Of a stretch of DNA of 39,661 bases, positions 11,143 to 22,172 are shown in pieces (positions within the stretch are counted from its first letter, which is position 1; each line of letters starts with the position of its first letter). The DNA lies in NCBI GenBank assembly GCA_963787255.1, contig CAWBCJ010000009.1, positions 1 through 39,661 on the forward strand, written 5' to 3'. Position numbers and translations under genes: made by a program. The notes under the pieces were generated by a model. It did not search any database. It saw nothing but the letters and a program-made list of their open reading frames with translations, and was not told the origin of the DNA. This stretch comes from Methanobacteriota archaeon (GTDB taxonomy: Archaea; Methanobacteriota; Methanobacteria; Methanobacteriales; Methanobacteriaceae).

Positions 11143-11285
11143 ATTTCCTTAAAGAGATTATAAAAATTAAATCATAAATTATTTTTTATATAAAAATTAG
11201 AATAATATAAGATTTTTAAAATGCACAAAAGAGGTATAAGAGATTCTGTAATGTAATTTAGAATGATTTATTCAATTATGGGGAG

Positions 11286-11681
11286 ATGAAAAGATTGGCA
11301 TCCGTTACTGAACCATTGAGTATCAATATGAGAACAGCTATAAGTTTACTTGAGGTTTTTGTTGTTGCAATTATCCTTGCACTTATAATTACTGTTATAA
11401 ATAGTGTATTAGAAGTTCAACTTCTGGCAATTACTATTGTATCTCCACTGATTATTCTTAATCTTGTTTTTATTTACTATTGCAGAAGAAGGAAAGTTTG
11501 GAGCTACGCTGGAGCTTCAATTTTAGGGGCAATAGGGGTTATTCTCAGAATTATCGTGAGCACTCAACCTAATCTTGAAGTAGGTGGTGGTCTCCCAGTA
11601 GGAATAACTGTTCTATACATAGTTTTAGGCGCTCTTGTTTCACTGAAAAACTATGAAGCATTCTTAGAATTAAGAAAATAG
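11286..11681 (+). CDS. Four-TM hypothetical membrane protein
   Basis: Four hydrophobic segments; 131-aa ORF in AT-rich DNA. Confidence 0.75.
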   Translation: MKRLASVTEPLSINMRTAISLLEVFVVAIILALIITVINSVLEVQLLAITIVSPLIILNLVFIYYCRRRKVWSYAGASILGAIGVILRIIVSTQPNLEVGGGLPVGITVLYIVLGALVSLKNYEAFLELRK

Positions 11682-11693
11682 GCTATAAATCCA

Positions 11694-11840
11694 ATATTCC
11701 AACTTCTCAAAGAAGATATGAATACTCCTGCACATGAATAGATCTTTTAATTCAAAAAGGATTATTAAGTCATGATGGGCGTGTTTGGGTGGAATCTCGT
11801 TTAGTGTGGGTTCTACTTTTTATTTTACAATACCGTTTAG
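11694..11840 (+). pseudogene. Eroded histidine kinase C-terminal remnant
   Basis: Reads across indels as GRVWVES..GSTFYFTIP, matching the HATPase end at ~25805-25870. Confidence 0.65.
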
Positions 11841-11943
11841 GGATTAAATTTATTTTTAATGTAATTTATCGATACAATTATTAACTTTTCTATACATATT
11901 AATAAAAATAAGTAACATTTTAAAACTTTAGGGAGTGATATAA

Positions 11944-12228
11944 ATGACTTATGTTTTGGTTATACATAATGTAGAAGATTTTGACAAATGGAAGCCAATT
12001 TATGATGAACATGGCGCTATGCGTAAAAAAGAAGGCTCTAAAGGTGCTTTCGCATTTCGCAATGCCAACGATCGAAAGCAGTTGGTAGTCATGACACAAT
12101 GGGAAGATATGGAAAGTGCTAAAAATTTCGCTGAATCCGAAGATTTACGAAATACAATGCAAAAGGCCGGTGTCACAGGCAAACCAGAAGTATACTACTT
12201 AGAAGAGATTGAAAGGACACCATATTAA
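11944..12228 (+). CDS. Dimeric alpha-beta barrel (ABM/cyclase-like) protein
   Basis: HNVEDFDKWKPIYD...FRNAND...AKNFAESEDL..MQKAGV..KPE; GGAGTGA RBS. Confidence 0.8.
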   Translation: MTYVLVIHNVEDFDKWKPIYDEHGAMRKKEGSKGAFAFRNANDRKQLVVMTQWEDMESAKNFAESEDLRNTMQKAGVTGKPEVYYLEEIERTPY

Positions 12229-12272
12229 ATAATAACAAATAGAAACTCTTTTTTTCTTTTATTTTTTGATTT

Positions 12273-12337
12273 GGGGTTTGTGTGGGTCTTTATAATTATA
12301 AATCTATCATGGTTATACATATATAATTGTTTTTATT
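12273..12337 (+). repeat. Short intergenic repeat, copy 1
   Basis: gtgtgggtctttataattataaatctatcatggttatacatatataattgtttttatt, near-identical to 25966-26035. Confidence 0.8.
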
Positions 12338-12627
12338 CTGGTAATCATAAAAACCCATAATCAATATTAATCTTTAACAAAACTTTGGCTGAACAATGTG
12401 TATTCTTAAGGATGACAAATAGAAATTATAGAAAATAAAATTAAAAAATTTAATTATCATAATTCTAAAGAATGATTAAAACCTCTTTTCTAACTCGATT
12501 TTTATGTGGATATCGGTCACAGATAGGTTTACATAGTCTTTTCTGCATTTGTGGATACATAATGTGAAGAAATTTAGAAAAATTTATATTTTATCATTCT
12601 AATTATTATTTCGGGAGGAATTTTTTT

Positions 12628-13108
12628 ATGAAGACATTAGTAGTTTTTTATTCGAGAACAGGAAATACAAAGAAGATTGCAGAATCAATATCCGAATCTT
12701 TAGACTGTGACATTGAGGAAATTATGGATACTGAAAAAAGAGGGGGAGTCATTGGTTATATTAGATCTGGCTATGAGGCTTCTAGAGGTAGGTTATCTAA
12801 GATAAAAGATCCTGAGAATATATCCATCCCAATATGATTTAGTTATTATAGGCACTCCTGTCTGGGCAGGAAAGATGGCAGTTCCTGTCAGGACATATAT
12901 CACTCAGAATCATGTTAAATTTAATAATGTGGCTTTTTTCTGCACCGCTGGTGGAATGGGCTTTGATGGTACTTTCAGTGATATGAAAGAAGTTAGCGGA
13001 GCATCTTCAATAGCTGAAATTGGGATAAGGGCAAAGGAAGTACATGATGGAAGTTATAAACCTAAATTAGCTGAATTCTTAACTAAAATCCAAAAATCTG
13101 ATAAATAA
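12628..13108 (+). CDS. Flavodoxin, frameshifted near 12820
   Basis: VVFYSRTGNTKKIA; YDLVIIGTPVWAG in the shifted frame; AFFCTAGG. Confidence 0.88.
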
Positions 13109-13410
13109 AAATTTGAAACCTTCAACGATAAATTTATGAATTCTGGGTCGAATCAGAACTAGATAAAAGTTTTCCTTCAACTAATGGGTTCTGATATAAT
13201 GTTTAAGATTTTAGCTCGGGAAGACTCTGATTCTCCCAAAATTTTGAATTACATATATTTAAACTACATTTAATTTAATGCCAAGACATTTAAGTTGTTT
13301 AGTAGAATATTAAGGGTTCAGTTTGGGAGTGTGTATTGATTATGTCTTTATAGTTCGTTAAAATTATTCTATGCACTCTTTTTTACTGCATATTTTTCTG
13401 AGATTAAAAT

Positions 13411-15005
13411 TTATTTCTCATCAACTTCTTTAGATGGTCTTGTGTCGGCATCATGATACTGTGTCAGCAATTTTTTCTCTTCTTCCATCTTTGGAAACTT
13501 GAAAATACTATAGCGGCCCCGATTAGGATTGCTATAATTCCTGCAATATAAGCCCAATGGTCTCCGGCTAAAAATGAAATTTTCGCAGCAGATATGATTT
13601 GGGCTGAATATTGAGGGTTTTGCTGTGCAAGTGTGGTAGCGCTGGCAAATGATTTGGTAAGCGTTGCCTCTACGCTGGTGGAGATTTGCTGTTGTGTGGA
13701 GGGGGAAAGACCGCTGATTTGCGTAGAAAATGCCTTGGCATAACCGGCTGTAAGTAATGCACCGAAGATTGAAGTCATGATTGCACCTCCAAAATCACGC
13801 TGCAAGTCTGCAGTCCCTGAAGCCATACCTTCACGTTTAACTGGAACGGAACCTGTAAGTGAATGCGAAGCAGGAGTTCCCGCTAACCCTACACCAACCC
13901 CAACAAGGGCGTAAGCCAGCCCGACTTTCCAGTAAGGAATGTTTTCCTGCCATAACAATAGCATAGCTATAAAACCTAATAAGCAGAATAAATAGCCAAG
14001 TAACAGTGTAAATCGAGCACCACGTGACTCCACAAGCTTGGCAGATTGCGGTGCTACTAGAATCATGAAGATAGCTGCCGGTAAAATTGAAAGTCCGGCA
14101 TCTAAGGTTGAATAGTTAAGAACATTTTGTAAAAACTGCTGCCCAATGTACATGGCACCCATCAGTGACCCAAAGACAATTATTCCTGCAGCTGCAGCTA
14201 CCCAGAAGATCCGACGACTGGCGATTTTAAGATCAAACAGTGGATTTTTCACACGGCGTTGGCGCCTTATAAATAAGATTCCGGCTGCTGCTGCGATAAT
14301 TAGAAAACTAATTATCAAAGTTCCAGAATTTGGTACTGGAGCAAAATTAATGGCCAGAATCAATGTTCCTAGGAGAATTAGGGACATTAACCCTCCAATG
14401 TTATCAACAGGCTCCTTTGTCTCATTTACGTGAGATGGAACAAACTTAATGGCCATTATTAGGGCTACAACAGCTAGGGGTAATGTGATAAGGAAGACTG
14501 AACCCCAAGAATTTGATAAAAGCAGATATCCTGAGAATAATGGTCCAAGAGCGGCAATTGCAGCACCTATACCTGACCATAATGCTATTGACCTTGTTCT
14601 TGCCGGGCCTGACCATAAGGCAGCTATCAGTGCTAGAGTAGTCGGAAATGCCATTCCTGCAGCTAGTCCGCCCATGATACGGGCCCCAATTAGGATCTCA
14701 ATGGTTGGAGCAAAACCAGCGATTAGAGATGCAGGTATAGCAATCAATGTTCCTATAATGAGCATCATTTTTCGGCCGTGGTGATCACCCAAAGCACCAA
14801 ACCATAGTACTGAAGCAGCCAGGCCCAAGGAGAAGCCTACAGCCACAAGATTAATTTGAACCTGTGAAGCATCAAATGCTAAACCTATGGAAGGAAGAGC
14901 GACATTAGCAACTGATAAATTCAGATTTGCAACTGCAGCTACCAGTATGAGGGTGGCTAAAACAATATTGCCCTGGTTAGAATTTTCCTTTGTTAATGAT
15001 ACCAT
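13411..15005 (-). CDS. MFS transporter, DHA2 (EmrB/QacA-like), with a 3' frameshift
   Basis: [17 protein letters not shown] and NPLFDL motifs; about 14 TMs; shifted frame continues [12 protein letters not shown] to a stop at 13411. Confidence 0.9.
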
Positions 15006-15157
15006 ATTCTTTTATAGTTCATCATATTAGTTAAATGTAACGATTTTCTTCTTATCTTCTGTTTTTAGGGTTTTACTACGTTCTTTGGGCATAAATATCT
15101 GAATGTGGAGATGCTGTAAATCATATGTGTAAAATTTAAACTCCCCCCGTAGGATAT

Positions 15158-15415
15158 TAAGAATTACAAAATTAGCATTTAATACCTCTATTATAGCATT
15201 TTAAATATTTTAAGCCAGTTTATTTTTGTTATGATATAAAATATTAATATATTATTTTTATATTAAGGTAAAATTACGCCTTATTTAAACCTGTAGATCT
15301 GGATAAGATTGTTTTTTCATGTGTATTATAATAATTATGATTTTTTTTTTATCATGTTTTAAATATTAAGTCGTTATTAGTTGTGTATAACGACCATGTG
15401 GCTAAAAATAGTCAA
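15158..15415 (+). repeat. Long intergenic repeat with near-perfect dif-like core at 15368-15396
   Basis: aagtcgttat(t)a-gttgtg-tataacgacca, then tgtggctaaaaatagtc; upstream aligns with 10904-11110. Confidence 0.78.
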
Positions 15416-15464
15416 ATTTACTGATATAAAAACTAAACATTAAAAAGAGATATAAAACTAGCTT

Positions 15465-15535
15465 CTTGTTTGGAATATGGAACTGAAAAATGAAGCTAAT
15501 GCAAAATATTGCAAATTGTGGTAAAAATTTAAAAA
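15465..15535 (+). pseudogene. Zinc-ribbon gene remnant
   Basis: Reads across indels as CLEYGTE-NEANAKYC-NCGKNLK. Confidence 0.4.
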
Positions 15536-15556
15536 GAGGGATCTAAAACCTAAGTT

Positions 15557-16324
15557 TCAAATCAATACTATCAATGGCACGATTACATGCAACACGATAT
15601 CTGCAGAAAAATGAGATATCATAGCTGATTCTAATCCCTTTTTCCAGTAAAGCCATCCAAATATAATTCCACCAACAGCATTTAAAATGATTATACGGGC
15701 AATTAGTAGTGGTGTCGGTGTAGTTATGGCTAATACTGTTGGTAAATGGCCTATACCGAAAATAATCGCTGCTAAAGCGATAGCTATCCACATGCCTGCG
15801 TTTGTTGGCTTTCCTTCTTCTGTTTTTTTGATTTTAAAGATTATCCATGCAATAAGTGTCATCAAAAATAATCGCAATAGAATTTCTTCGTTTATTCCGC
15901 CGTAAAAGGATGCAAGGAAGCCTTGCCATGCTGGAGGATAAATTTGACCTGCAACAGCTATATTTGTTGTAATACCTGCAAGAGAGAACAAATAATCCAG
16001 ACCAACTATCAAAGCGCCTGCAATTAATCCAAGTCCAATTGATATTCCAAGTATTGATTTCAAATAACTTTTAACTTCTCTACCTTCAAGCCAGCCTTCT
16101 AATATTGGAAGACCAAGTCCAACCTTCTTTGCAAGGTTCAATCCAATAAAGATGGCAACAGCAAATAAAATTGCATTTTGAATAATTGTTGCTGTTAATA
16201 CAACATAAAGAGGCAAATTTTGCGGTAAACCACCTTGAAGAGTTAAACTATATGGAATTATGGTTATTATTCCAAAAATACTTGCAATTAATAAAATTAT
16301 AAATAATTTCCAGTTAGTTTTCAT
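15557..16324 (-). CDS. CPBP (Abi/CAAX) intramembrane metalloprotease
   Basis: [14 protein letters not shown] and GLESAMISH motifs; ATGA overlap with the upstream gene at 16321-16324. Confidence 0.92.
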   Translation of the reverse strand: MKTNWKLFIILLIASIFGIITIIPYSLTLQGGLPQNLPLYVVLTATIIQNAILFAVAIFIGLNLAKKVGLGLPILEGWLEGREVKSYLKSILGISIGLGLIAGALIVGLDYLFSLAGITTNIAVAGQIYPPAWQGFLASFYGGINEEILLRLFLMTLIAWIIFKIKKTEEGKPTNAGMWIAIALAAIIFGIGHLPTVLAITTPTPLLIARIIILNAVGGIIFGWLYWKKGLESAMISHFSADIVLHVIVPLIVLI

Positions 16325-17595
16325 ATTTTCTTTATCCATTGTACAATTGAATCTATTACATCTTTTTCTACATGACCTTCAACCATATACTCCTGTGGAG
16401 TTGATTTACCCTCACCTGCTATGAACAAATGGTTCAATTTCGGGAAAAGTTCGAAAGTAGCGTTTTTCTTGTGACTAAGAGCAGACTTCCAGCCTTCAAA
16501 ATCTTCTGTTTTTAAAACCTGATAATCACGTCCGCCTTGAAGAATTAATATGGGCATGGTTAATGTTTTTACATCATCTAAAGGTTTATGATCATGTAAA
16601 TCTTTCCAATAAGCTGGTGAAACCCCTAAAGGTAAGTCCTTGGAGGGAATATCTTTTAAACTTTCAATATTCTTTACACGGGCTACTTTCTCTTTCAAAA
16701 CTTCAAGTTCTGCCTTCTGCTCGTCTGTCATTGTTCCTGCTAGACTGTAAAGGTAAGTAAATTGATCTAAAATTGTATCTTCTAGAGAACGTGTAATTCC
16801 GGCCATAATAATTAATCCGGCTATTTCTGGATCCTGTTTACCGATTCGAGGAGCAAGAGTGGCACCTAAGCTGTGACCAAGCATAACGACTTTTTTCGGA
16901 TCTATATCTTTTGTTCTACGCATTAATTCAATTGCAAGCAGCGCATCGTCTATGACTTCCTCTTTCGCGGTTAATTTCTCTACTATTTCTGGAGTAAACT
17001 GCTTAGCGTGTATAAATGTTCTTTTATCATATCTTAGCACAGCAATTCCTCTAGAGGCTAAACCCCATGCCAGATCACGGAATGTTTTGTTGGGACCTAT
17101 TGTTTCATCCCTATCATTTGGTCCAGATCCATGTACTAACACAACTCCTGGAAAAGGCCCAGAACCATCAGGTACTGTCAAAGTTCCAGGTAATGCCCAT
17201 TTTCCCTCACCAATAGTCACTTCGGTCTCATGAAAGGTAGATTTGTTAACATAGTCTGGTGCATGATACTCCCTATTTGTTGGAATAAAATTCAACCCAC
17301 TGATTTGTCCCTGTTGGTTAAAAACAACTTGTACATCAATTATAGCTCTTTGGAAATTACATCTGATAATAACAATCTTGTAACCTTCCATTTCAGATGT
17401 ACGTGTGGGATTCATTTGCAGTAGAGCTCCGGCCTCTGCTATTGTATTTATCCATGTTTCTTTTAATTTAGCTTCATCTAAGGCGATTTTCATTTGATCA
17501 TCGAATCTACTAGTAGCAGATGTGAAATCAGCCTTAAGTAGTAGATCAACAAAATTTTGCGCTTTTTCTTTTAACTCTTCAAATGATGAATTCAT
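16321..17595 (-). CDS. DUF3887 domain plus alpha/beta hydrolase
   Basis: [15 protein letters not shown] nucleophile elbow, QGGRDYQV and LNHLF motifs. Confidence 0.9.
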   Translation of the reverse strand: MNSSFEELKEKAQNFVDLLLKADFTSATSRFDDQMKIALDEAKLKETWINTIAEAGALLQMNPTRTSEMEGYKIVIIRCNFQRAIIDVQVVFNQQGQISGLNFIPTNREYHAPDYVNKSTFHETEVTIGEGKWALPGTLTVPDGSGPFPGVVLVHGSGPNDRDETIGPNKTFRDLAWGLASRGIAVLRYDKRTFIHAKQFTPEIVEKLTAKEEVIDDALLAIELMRRTKDIDPKKVVMLGHSLGATLAPRIGKQDPEIAGLIIMAGITRSLEDTILDQFTYLYSLAGTMTDEQKAELEVLKEKVARVKNIESLKDIPSKDLPLGVSPAYWKDLHDHKPLDDVKTLTMPILILQGGRDYQVLKTEDFEGWKSALSHKKNATFELFPKLNHLFIAGEGKSTPQEYMVEGHVEKDVIDSIVQWIKKI

Positions 17596-17651
17596 GATTT
17601 AACCTCTAATATATTATGCATATTAAACTATTCGTAACACATTATATTTGC

Positions 17652-17697
17652 TAACTATAATATATAGTTATCGTAATATTTGGTTATCGGAATATTT
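17652..17697. promoter_or_regulatory. Putative MarR operator/divergent promoter
   Basis: Inverted repeat taactata-ata-tatagtta; direct repeats gttatcgtaatattt and gttatcggaatattt. Confidence 0.5.
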
Positions 17698-17725
17698 ATA
17701 TCAAGAAAATGATAGAAAATGAACT

Positions 17726-18157
17726 ATGAATAATGATGATATAATGATAGTTACGGCTCTTTTTGATGAAATAAACAATAAACTGAGGAAAACAAGTCAA
17801 GAAACCCTATTAAAAATTTATAAGAATTTAACTATAGCTGAGGCAAGTGCAATTTATGCAATAGGGTCTGATGAGCCTAAAACTATGAAACAAATTGCTG
17901 AAACATTGGGTGTTGCAGTGAGTACTCCAACAAGAACCATAGATAGGCTGTTAGAAAAAGGGTTCGTAAATAGGACTGTAGGAGAAAGAGATCGTAGGCA
18001 ACTTTTAGTTGAATTAACTCTTAAAGGTAAAGAATTACTGGAGAATATTGATAAAGAAAATTTGGAAATAACTAGAAAAATGTTAAAAGGTCTTTCAGAT
18101 GAAGAAATAGAAACATTTAAAAAAATACTGTTGAAAATAAGTGAAAATATTGACTAA
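17726..18157 (+). CDS. MarR family transcriptional regulator
   Basis: TMKQIAETLGVAVSTPTRTIDRLLEKGFV...DRR...LTLKG. Confidence 0.95.
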   Translation: MNNDDIMIVTALFDEINNKLRKTSQETLLKIYKNLTIAEASAIYAIGSDEPKTMKQIAETLGVAVSTPTRTIDRLLEKGFVNRTVGERDRRQLLVELTLKGKELLENIDKENLEITRKMLKGLSDEEIETFKKILLKISENID

Positions 18158-18288
18158 TAGACGTTGCCAGAATAAATGCCTAAAAAAAGAGGTAATCTAT
18201 GCTAAATATGATAATAATAAAAAATCACTATAGAACATATAATCTTAATTGTTCGTTTTTCCATTTTTAAATCACCATTGAGTAATAT

Positions 18289-19029
18289 TCATTTCCACAG
18301 GGTAAGTATCTTGTCTCTCTGGAAGGTAATCTTGTTTATATAAAACAATGCTACATCAGCCATGAAGAAGATTGCAAAGAGTATAATCAGATTAGTAATG
18401 TTTAATGACACTATACTGGCTAGAAGCAATCCATACACAGCTATAAATGGTATTAATAGGAGGGTTCCGAGTTGTCCGGCGGTTCTCACATCATTAACTC
18501 TTGAGGATATGATAACATTCAATTCAACACTCAAGATTGAAGTAAGAGGTACTGCAAGTAATAAAATAATCGCCATGGTCAAATTCGGGAAAAAAAGATA
18601 ACCAATAGTATTATACATGATTGCATCCGAAAACACCATGAAAATAATAGAACCAACATATATCATGGCAATACAAGGCAAGAATGATGAAATACTTTTT
18701 CCTAATAAAAGATCACCATCTGTAATCGGTGTTGCCAGAAGCGGTTCCAAACTTTGCTCAAGCTTCTCGCTTACAATACTGTACGAAGCAAGAGTTGTAG
18801 GGAGGATAAAAGCTAAGATAATATAGAAAAAAGAATAAAAATTCAACAAAGACACAGATGTACTCGATATCACTATACTCTCTGCAGGATTAGGGAATCT
18901 TGATATGAATAGAGGTAAAACAATAGAGAATAAGAGCGGGAGAATTATCAACGTATATAGAATACGTTTTTTCTTCCAGAATATGTTGAAGTCCTTGGTT
19001 GCAATAACCCATGATTTCCAAAGTTTCAT
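18289..19029 (-). CDS. ABC-2 type permease
   Basis: SIVSEKLEQSLEPLLATP...LLGK; about 6 TMs. Confidence 0.9.
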   Translation of the reverse strand: MKLWKSWVIATKDFNIFWKKKRILYTLIILPLLFSIVLPLFISRFPNPAESIVISSTSVSLLNFYSFFYIILAFILPTTLASYSIVSEKLEQSLEPLLATPITDGDLLLGKSISSFLPCIAMIYVGSIIFMVFSDAIMYNTIGYLFFPNLTMAIILLLAVPLTSILSVELNVIISSRVNDVRTAGQLGTLLLIPFIAVYGLLLASIVSLNITNLIILFAIFFMADVALFYINKITFQRDKILTLWK

Positions 19030-19030
19030 C

Positions 19031-19948
19031 TTATTCGCTCCTCACAAATTTCAAGTATGCGTCTTCTAGTGTTGGACTGAGCCTGGTAACATATTGAACT
19101 TGGCCGCCAGCACCTACTACTGCATCCACAATAATTGGATTCTCTTTTTTAGGATTTGTCACGTCAATAATTAGCTTATTATTATCAATTGCAATATTCT
19201 CTAGTGATAATTTATATAATGCTTTCAGAATTTTATCAGTTACTTGTTCTAATTGAATTACAGTCTTATTCCCCCAAACTGACGCCTCTAATTCTTCAGG
19301 AGTGCCTATTGCTCTCAGCTTGGTGTTAAATATTCCAATTCTGTCGCATATTCGCTGTGCTTCATCAAGGTTATGCGTATTTAGAAAAATAGTTTTCTTC
19401 TCCTTTTTCAACTCAAGTATGAACTCCCTAACTGTTTTAGATGATTCAGGGTCTAAATTTGCAGTAGGCTCGTCTAAGAATAATATTTCAGGGTCATGGA
19501 TGAGGGCACGTGCTATAGCAAGTTTTTGCTTCATCCCCTTAGAAAATGTTCCAGCAGCTATATCCCTTTTATCCCAGATTCCTAACATCTTAAGGAAATA
19601 TTCAATATTCTCTTTTCTTTGCATTTCACTACATTCATACAGCTTACCATAAAAATCCAGGTTTTTATAAGCGCTTAATTCGTTATAGAGACCGACATTA
19701 TCTGGAATTAGTCCAATAATCTCCCTTATCTTCAAAGAATCCGCTTCATCACTTATATCATAACCTGCTATCGTGGCTTCTCCACTGGTTTTGGATATGA
19801 GGCAGCAAAGCATTCTCATCGTAGTAGTTTTTCCTGCACCATTAGGCCCCAGAAAGCCAAAAACTTCTCCTTCTTTAACATGTAAAGTAAGGTCATCCAC
19901 AGCAGTAAACTCGCCAAACTTCCTTGTAAGATTTTCTGTATCAATCAA
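19031..19948 (-). CDS. ABC transporter ATP-binding protein
   Basis: GPNGAGKTT, FSKGMKQK, LFLDEPT and H-loop. Confidence 0.95.
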   Translation of the reverse strand: MIDTENLTRKFGEFTAVDDLTLHVKEGEVFGFLGPNGAGKTTTMRMLCCLISKTSGEATIAGYDISDEADSLKIREIIGLIPDNVGLYNELSAYKNLDFYGKLYECSEMQRKENIEYFLKMLGIWDKRDIAAGTFSKGMKQKLAIARALIHDPEILFLDEPTANLDPESSKTVREFILELKKEKKTIFLNTHNLDEAQRICDRIGIFNTKLRAIGTPEELEASVWGNKTVIQLEQVTDKILKALYKLSLENIAIDNNKLIIDVTNPKKENPIIVDAVVGAGGQVQYVTRLSPTLEDAYLKFVRSE

Positions 19949-20219
19949 GCGTATCAGCTCTAATTTAATGTTTTATTCCTTTTATATTATGTTTTTCTAA
20001 ATTGAAATACTTATTCTCGATTTTAGTATCGTTATTAATCTATTATTCAGAACTCCAAAGAATATTATCATCATAACAAGCACAATTACTACAGAATAAA
20101 TTGTAAAACCCAATTTATTTCATAAACCTGCTGAATTCTTATAGCTTTCAGTTTTCTTATAAAAATTGTTATATAGAATCGTAAAAGTTATCAAATAAAT
20201 TAAATTTGTATTATTTTTT

Positions 20220-21575
20220 TTAATCTTTAAATATTGATGTGAAAATTCCAACTGCGCTTAAAACAGCAATAGCAACTAATGAAATTCTAAGGCTTATAAT
20301 TAGTTCTGGATAATTAGATGGTATAATTTGCGCATTTCCCAAAATAGTTGAAATAATTATCATTACTATGCCCATTCCAAATATCTGTCCAATGGATCTC
20401 ATATTACTTAATGTAGCACTTGCAACTCCAAAATACTTTTTATCCACTGCACTCATGACCATCTTGGTATTTGAAGAATAGAATAAACCTATACCTGCTC
20501 CAAAAATAATAAGAGAAAATCCTCCTAGATATGGGGCATTTTCAAAATTAATTAATGTCATAAGGGCTACACCAATGGTTGTTAACACCATCCCGATAGT
20601 TGATACATTTCCAGGATCGATTTTATCTGATAATCTTCCTGCAAAAGGAGATACAATGACCATCATAATTGATTGAATAGAAACTATTAGACCTGCAGTA
20701 AGAGGGCCATAACCTTTTAAATATTGTAAATATAGGGATAGAATAAACCCTACCGATACAAATGCACCGTAATTTATAAATGCAGTGATGTTTCCAAAGG
20801 TAAAACTTTTACTTTTAAATAAATCTAAATTAATCAAAGGAAAAGCAACTCTTTTTTCCACTAAATAAAATAATGAAAGTCCGATTATTCCCCCAATTAC
20901 AAGAAATAGACTGTATTTGTTGGTGAAATCTGAAAAACCATAAATTATGGCTATAAGAGATATACCTAGCAGAAATGATCCTAAAATATCTAATTTTTCT
21001 CCTTCTGCATCTATCCAATCATGTTTAAACCGTGTGATAGCATAGGCTGCTATTATTCCAATAACAGTATCTAAATAAAATAAGGTTCTCCATCCTACAA
21101 TTTCAGTGATAGCCCCTCCAAGTATTGGTCCAATTATTAATCCTACAAAGACACCCATTGATGTTAGTCCAAAGGCCCTGCCTCTTTCATTTTCGGGAAA
21201 TGCTGATGATATCATGGCATTTAAATTGGCGAATATCATTGCGTTTCCTATAGCTTGAAAAATCCTGATAAAAAGGAACATTTCTCCGGAAATGGAGAAA
21301 GCTGATATAAATGAGCTTACAGTGAAAATGATTAATCCATATTGAAAGATTCGTTTTCGCCCATAGATATCCCCAATCCTACCAAATGGAATGTAAAGTA
21401 TGGCATTAACAAGCAGATAAATTGTTGATATCCAGGTTAAAAATACAGCAGATAAATCAAATTCAGTGGCTAAAGCAGGTAGTGCCAGATTAATGGATGA
21501 TCTAACAAATGGTGTAAGAAACGATACTAAAATTCCCACTATTAACAAATCTTTTTTCAGATCTTTGTAATCCAT
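20220..21575 (-). CDS. MFS transporter, DHA2 family
   Basis: NLALPAL, GRIGDIYGRKR, ERGRAFG and GPILGG motifs. Confidence 0.92.
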   Translation of the reverse strand: MDYKDLKKDLLIVGILVSFLTPFVRSSINLALPALATEFDLSAVFLTWISTIYLLVNAILYIPFGRIGDIYGRKRIFQYGLIIFTVSSFISAFSISGEMFLFIRIFQAIGNAMIFANLNAMISSAFPENERGRAFGLTSMGVFVGLIIGPILGGAITEIVGWRTLFYLDTVIGIIAAYAITRFKHDWIDAEGEKLDILGSFLLGISLIAIIYGFSDFTNKYSLFLVIGGIIGLSLFYLVEKRVAFPLINLDLFKSKSFTFGNITAFINYGAFVSVGFILSLYLQYLKGYGPLTAGLIVSIQSIMMVIVSPFAGRLSDKIDPGNVSTIGMVLTTIGVALMTLINFENAPYLGGFSLIIFGAGIGLFYSSNTKMVMSAVDKKYFGVASATLSNMRSIGQIFGMGIVMIIISTILGNAQIIPSNYPELIISLRISLVAIAVLSAVGIFTSIFKD

Positions 21576-21770
21576 AGATTAAAGCACCTGCTAACTAAAA
21601 AATTTTAACTGAAATTAAGTTATATATTGGTGATTTTTCATCTTAATTTTATATTTACGTTTCTAGAATTAATAATATTTTTGAAAACTTATTATAAGCA
21701 GTGTTTGGCGAAATATAATCGTACTAAATTTTTTTAATGGAATTTTTAATTTTAAATCAGAAGATTTATA

Positions 21771-21825
21771 TATAACGTCGCACGATATATCGATGTATGG
21801 TATAACATTGCACGATATACATCGA
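21771..21825 (+). promoter_or_regulatory. Tandem operator-like repeats upstream of PadR
   Basis: tataacgtcgcacgatatatcga and tataacattgcacgatatacatcga, 30 bp apart. Confidence 0.55.
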
Positions 21826-21827
21826 GG

Positions 21828-22172
21828 ATGCTGGAGATTAATATGGATACTAAAAAATTACAAAATAAATATTTACCATTGACAGAAGCAGCTTATTATG
21901 TTCTTATTTCTCTAAATAAGCCAAGACATGGCTATGGAATCATGCAGCACGTTAAAAAAATTACAAATGGACGTATTAAGATTGGTGCAGGAACCATGTA
22001 TGGGAATCTGTCCAGAATGGAAAAAGAAGGTTTAATAACTCCAGTTGCAGAAGAGGATCGTAAAAAAATCTATGAAATTAGTGAAAAAGGGAAAATTGTA
22101 CTAAAATTAGAACTTACACGTTTAGAAGAGCTTCTTAATCATGGTAAAAGTGAAATGGGGAATTCAAAATGA
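21828..22172 (+). CDS. PadR family transcriptional regulator (start may be 21843)
   Basis: PRHGYGIM, GAGTMYGNLSRM and RKKIYEISEKG motifs. Confidence 0.93.
   Translation: MLEINMDTKKLQNKYLPLTEAAYYVLISLNKPRHGYGIMQHVKKITNGRIKIGAGTMYGNLSRMEKEGLITPVAEEDRKKIYEISEKGKIVLKLELTRLEELLNHGKSEMGNSK

Noticed and set aside
13342-13369. Further weak dif-like candidates (13342, also 9622, 20163, 21688, 29537, 31920, 35417)
   Set aside because: Only one arm matches, which is expected by chance in AT-rich DNA. A PWM test is needed.
21761-21781. tataacgtcg as a dif-like right arm
   Set aside because: No properly spaced left arm; better explained as part of the PadR tandem repeat
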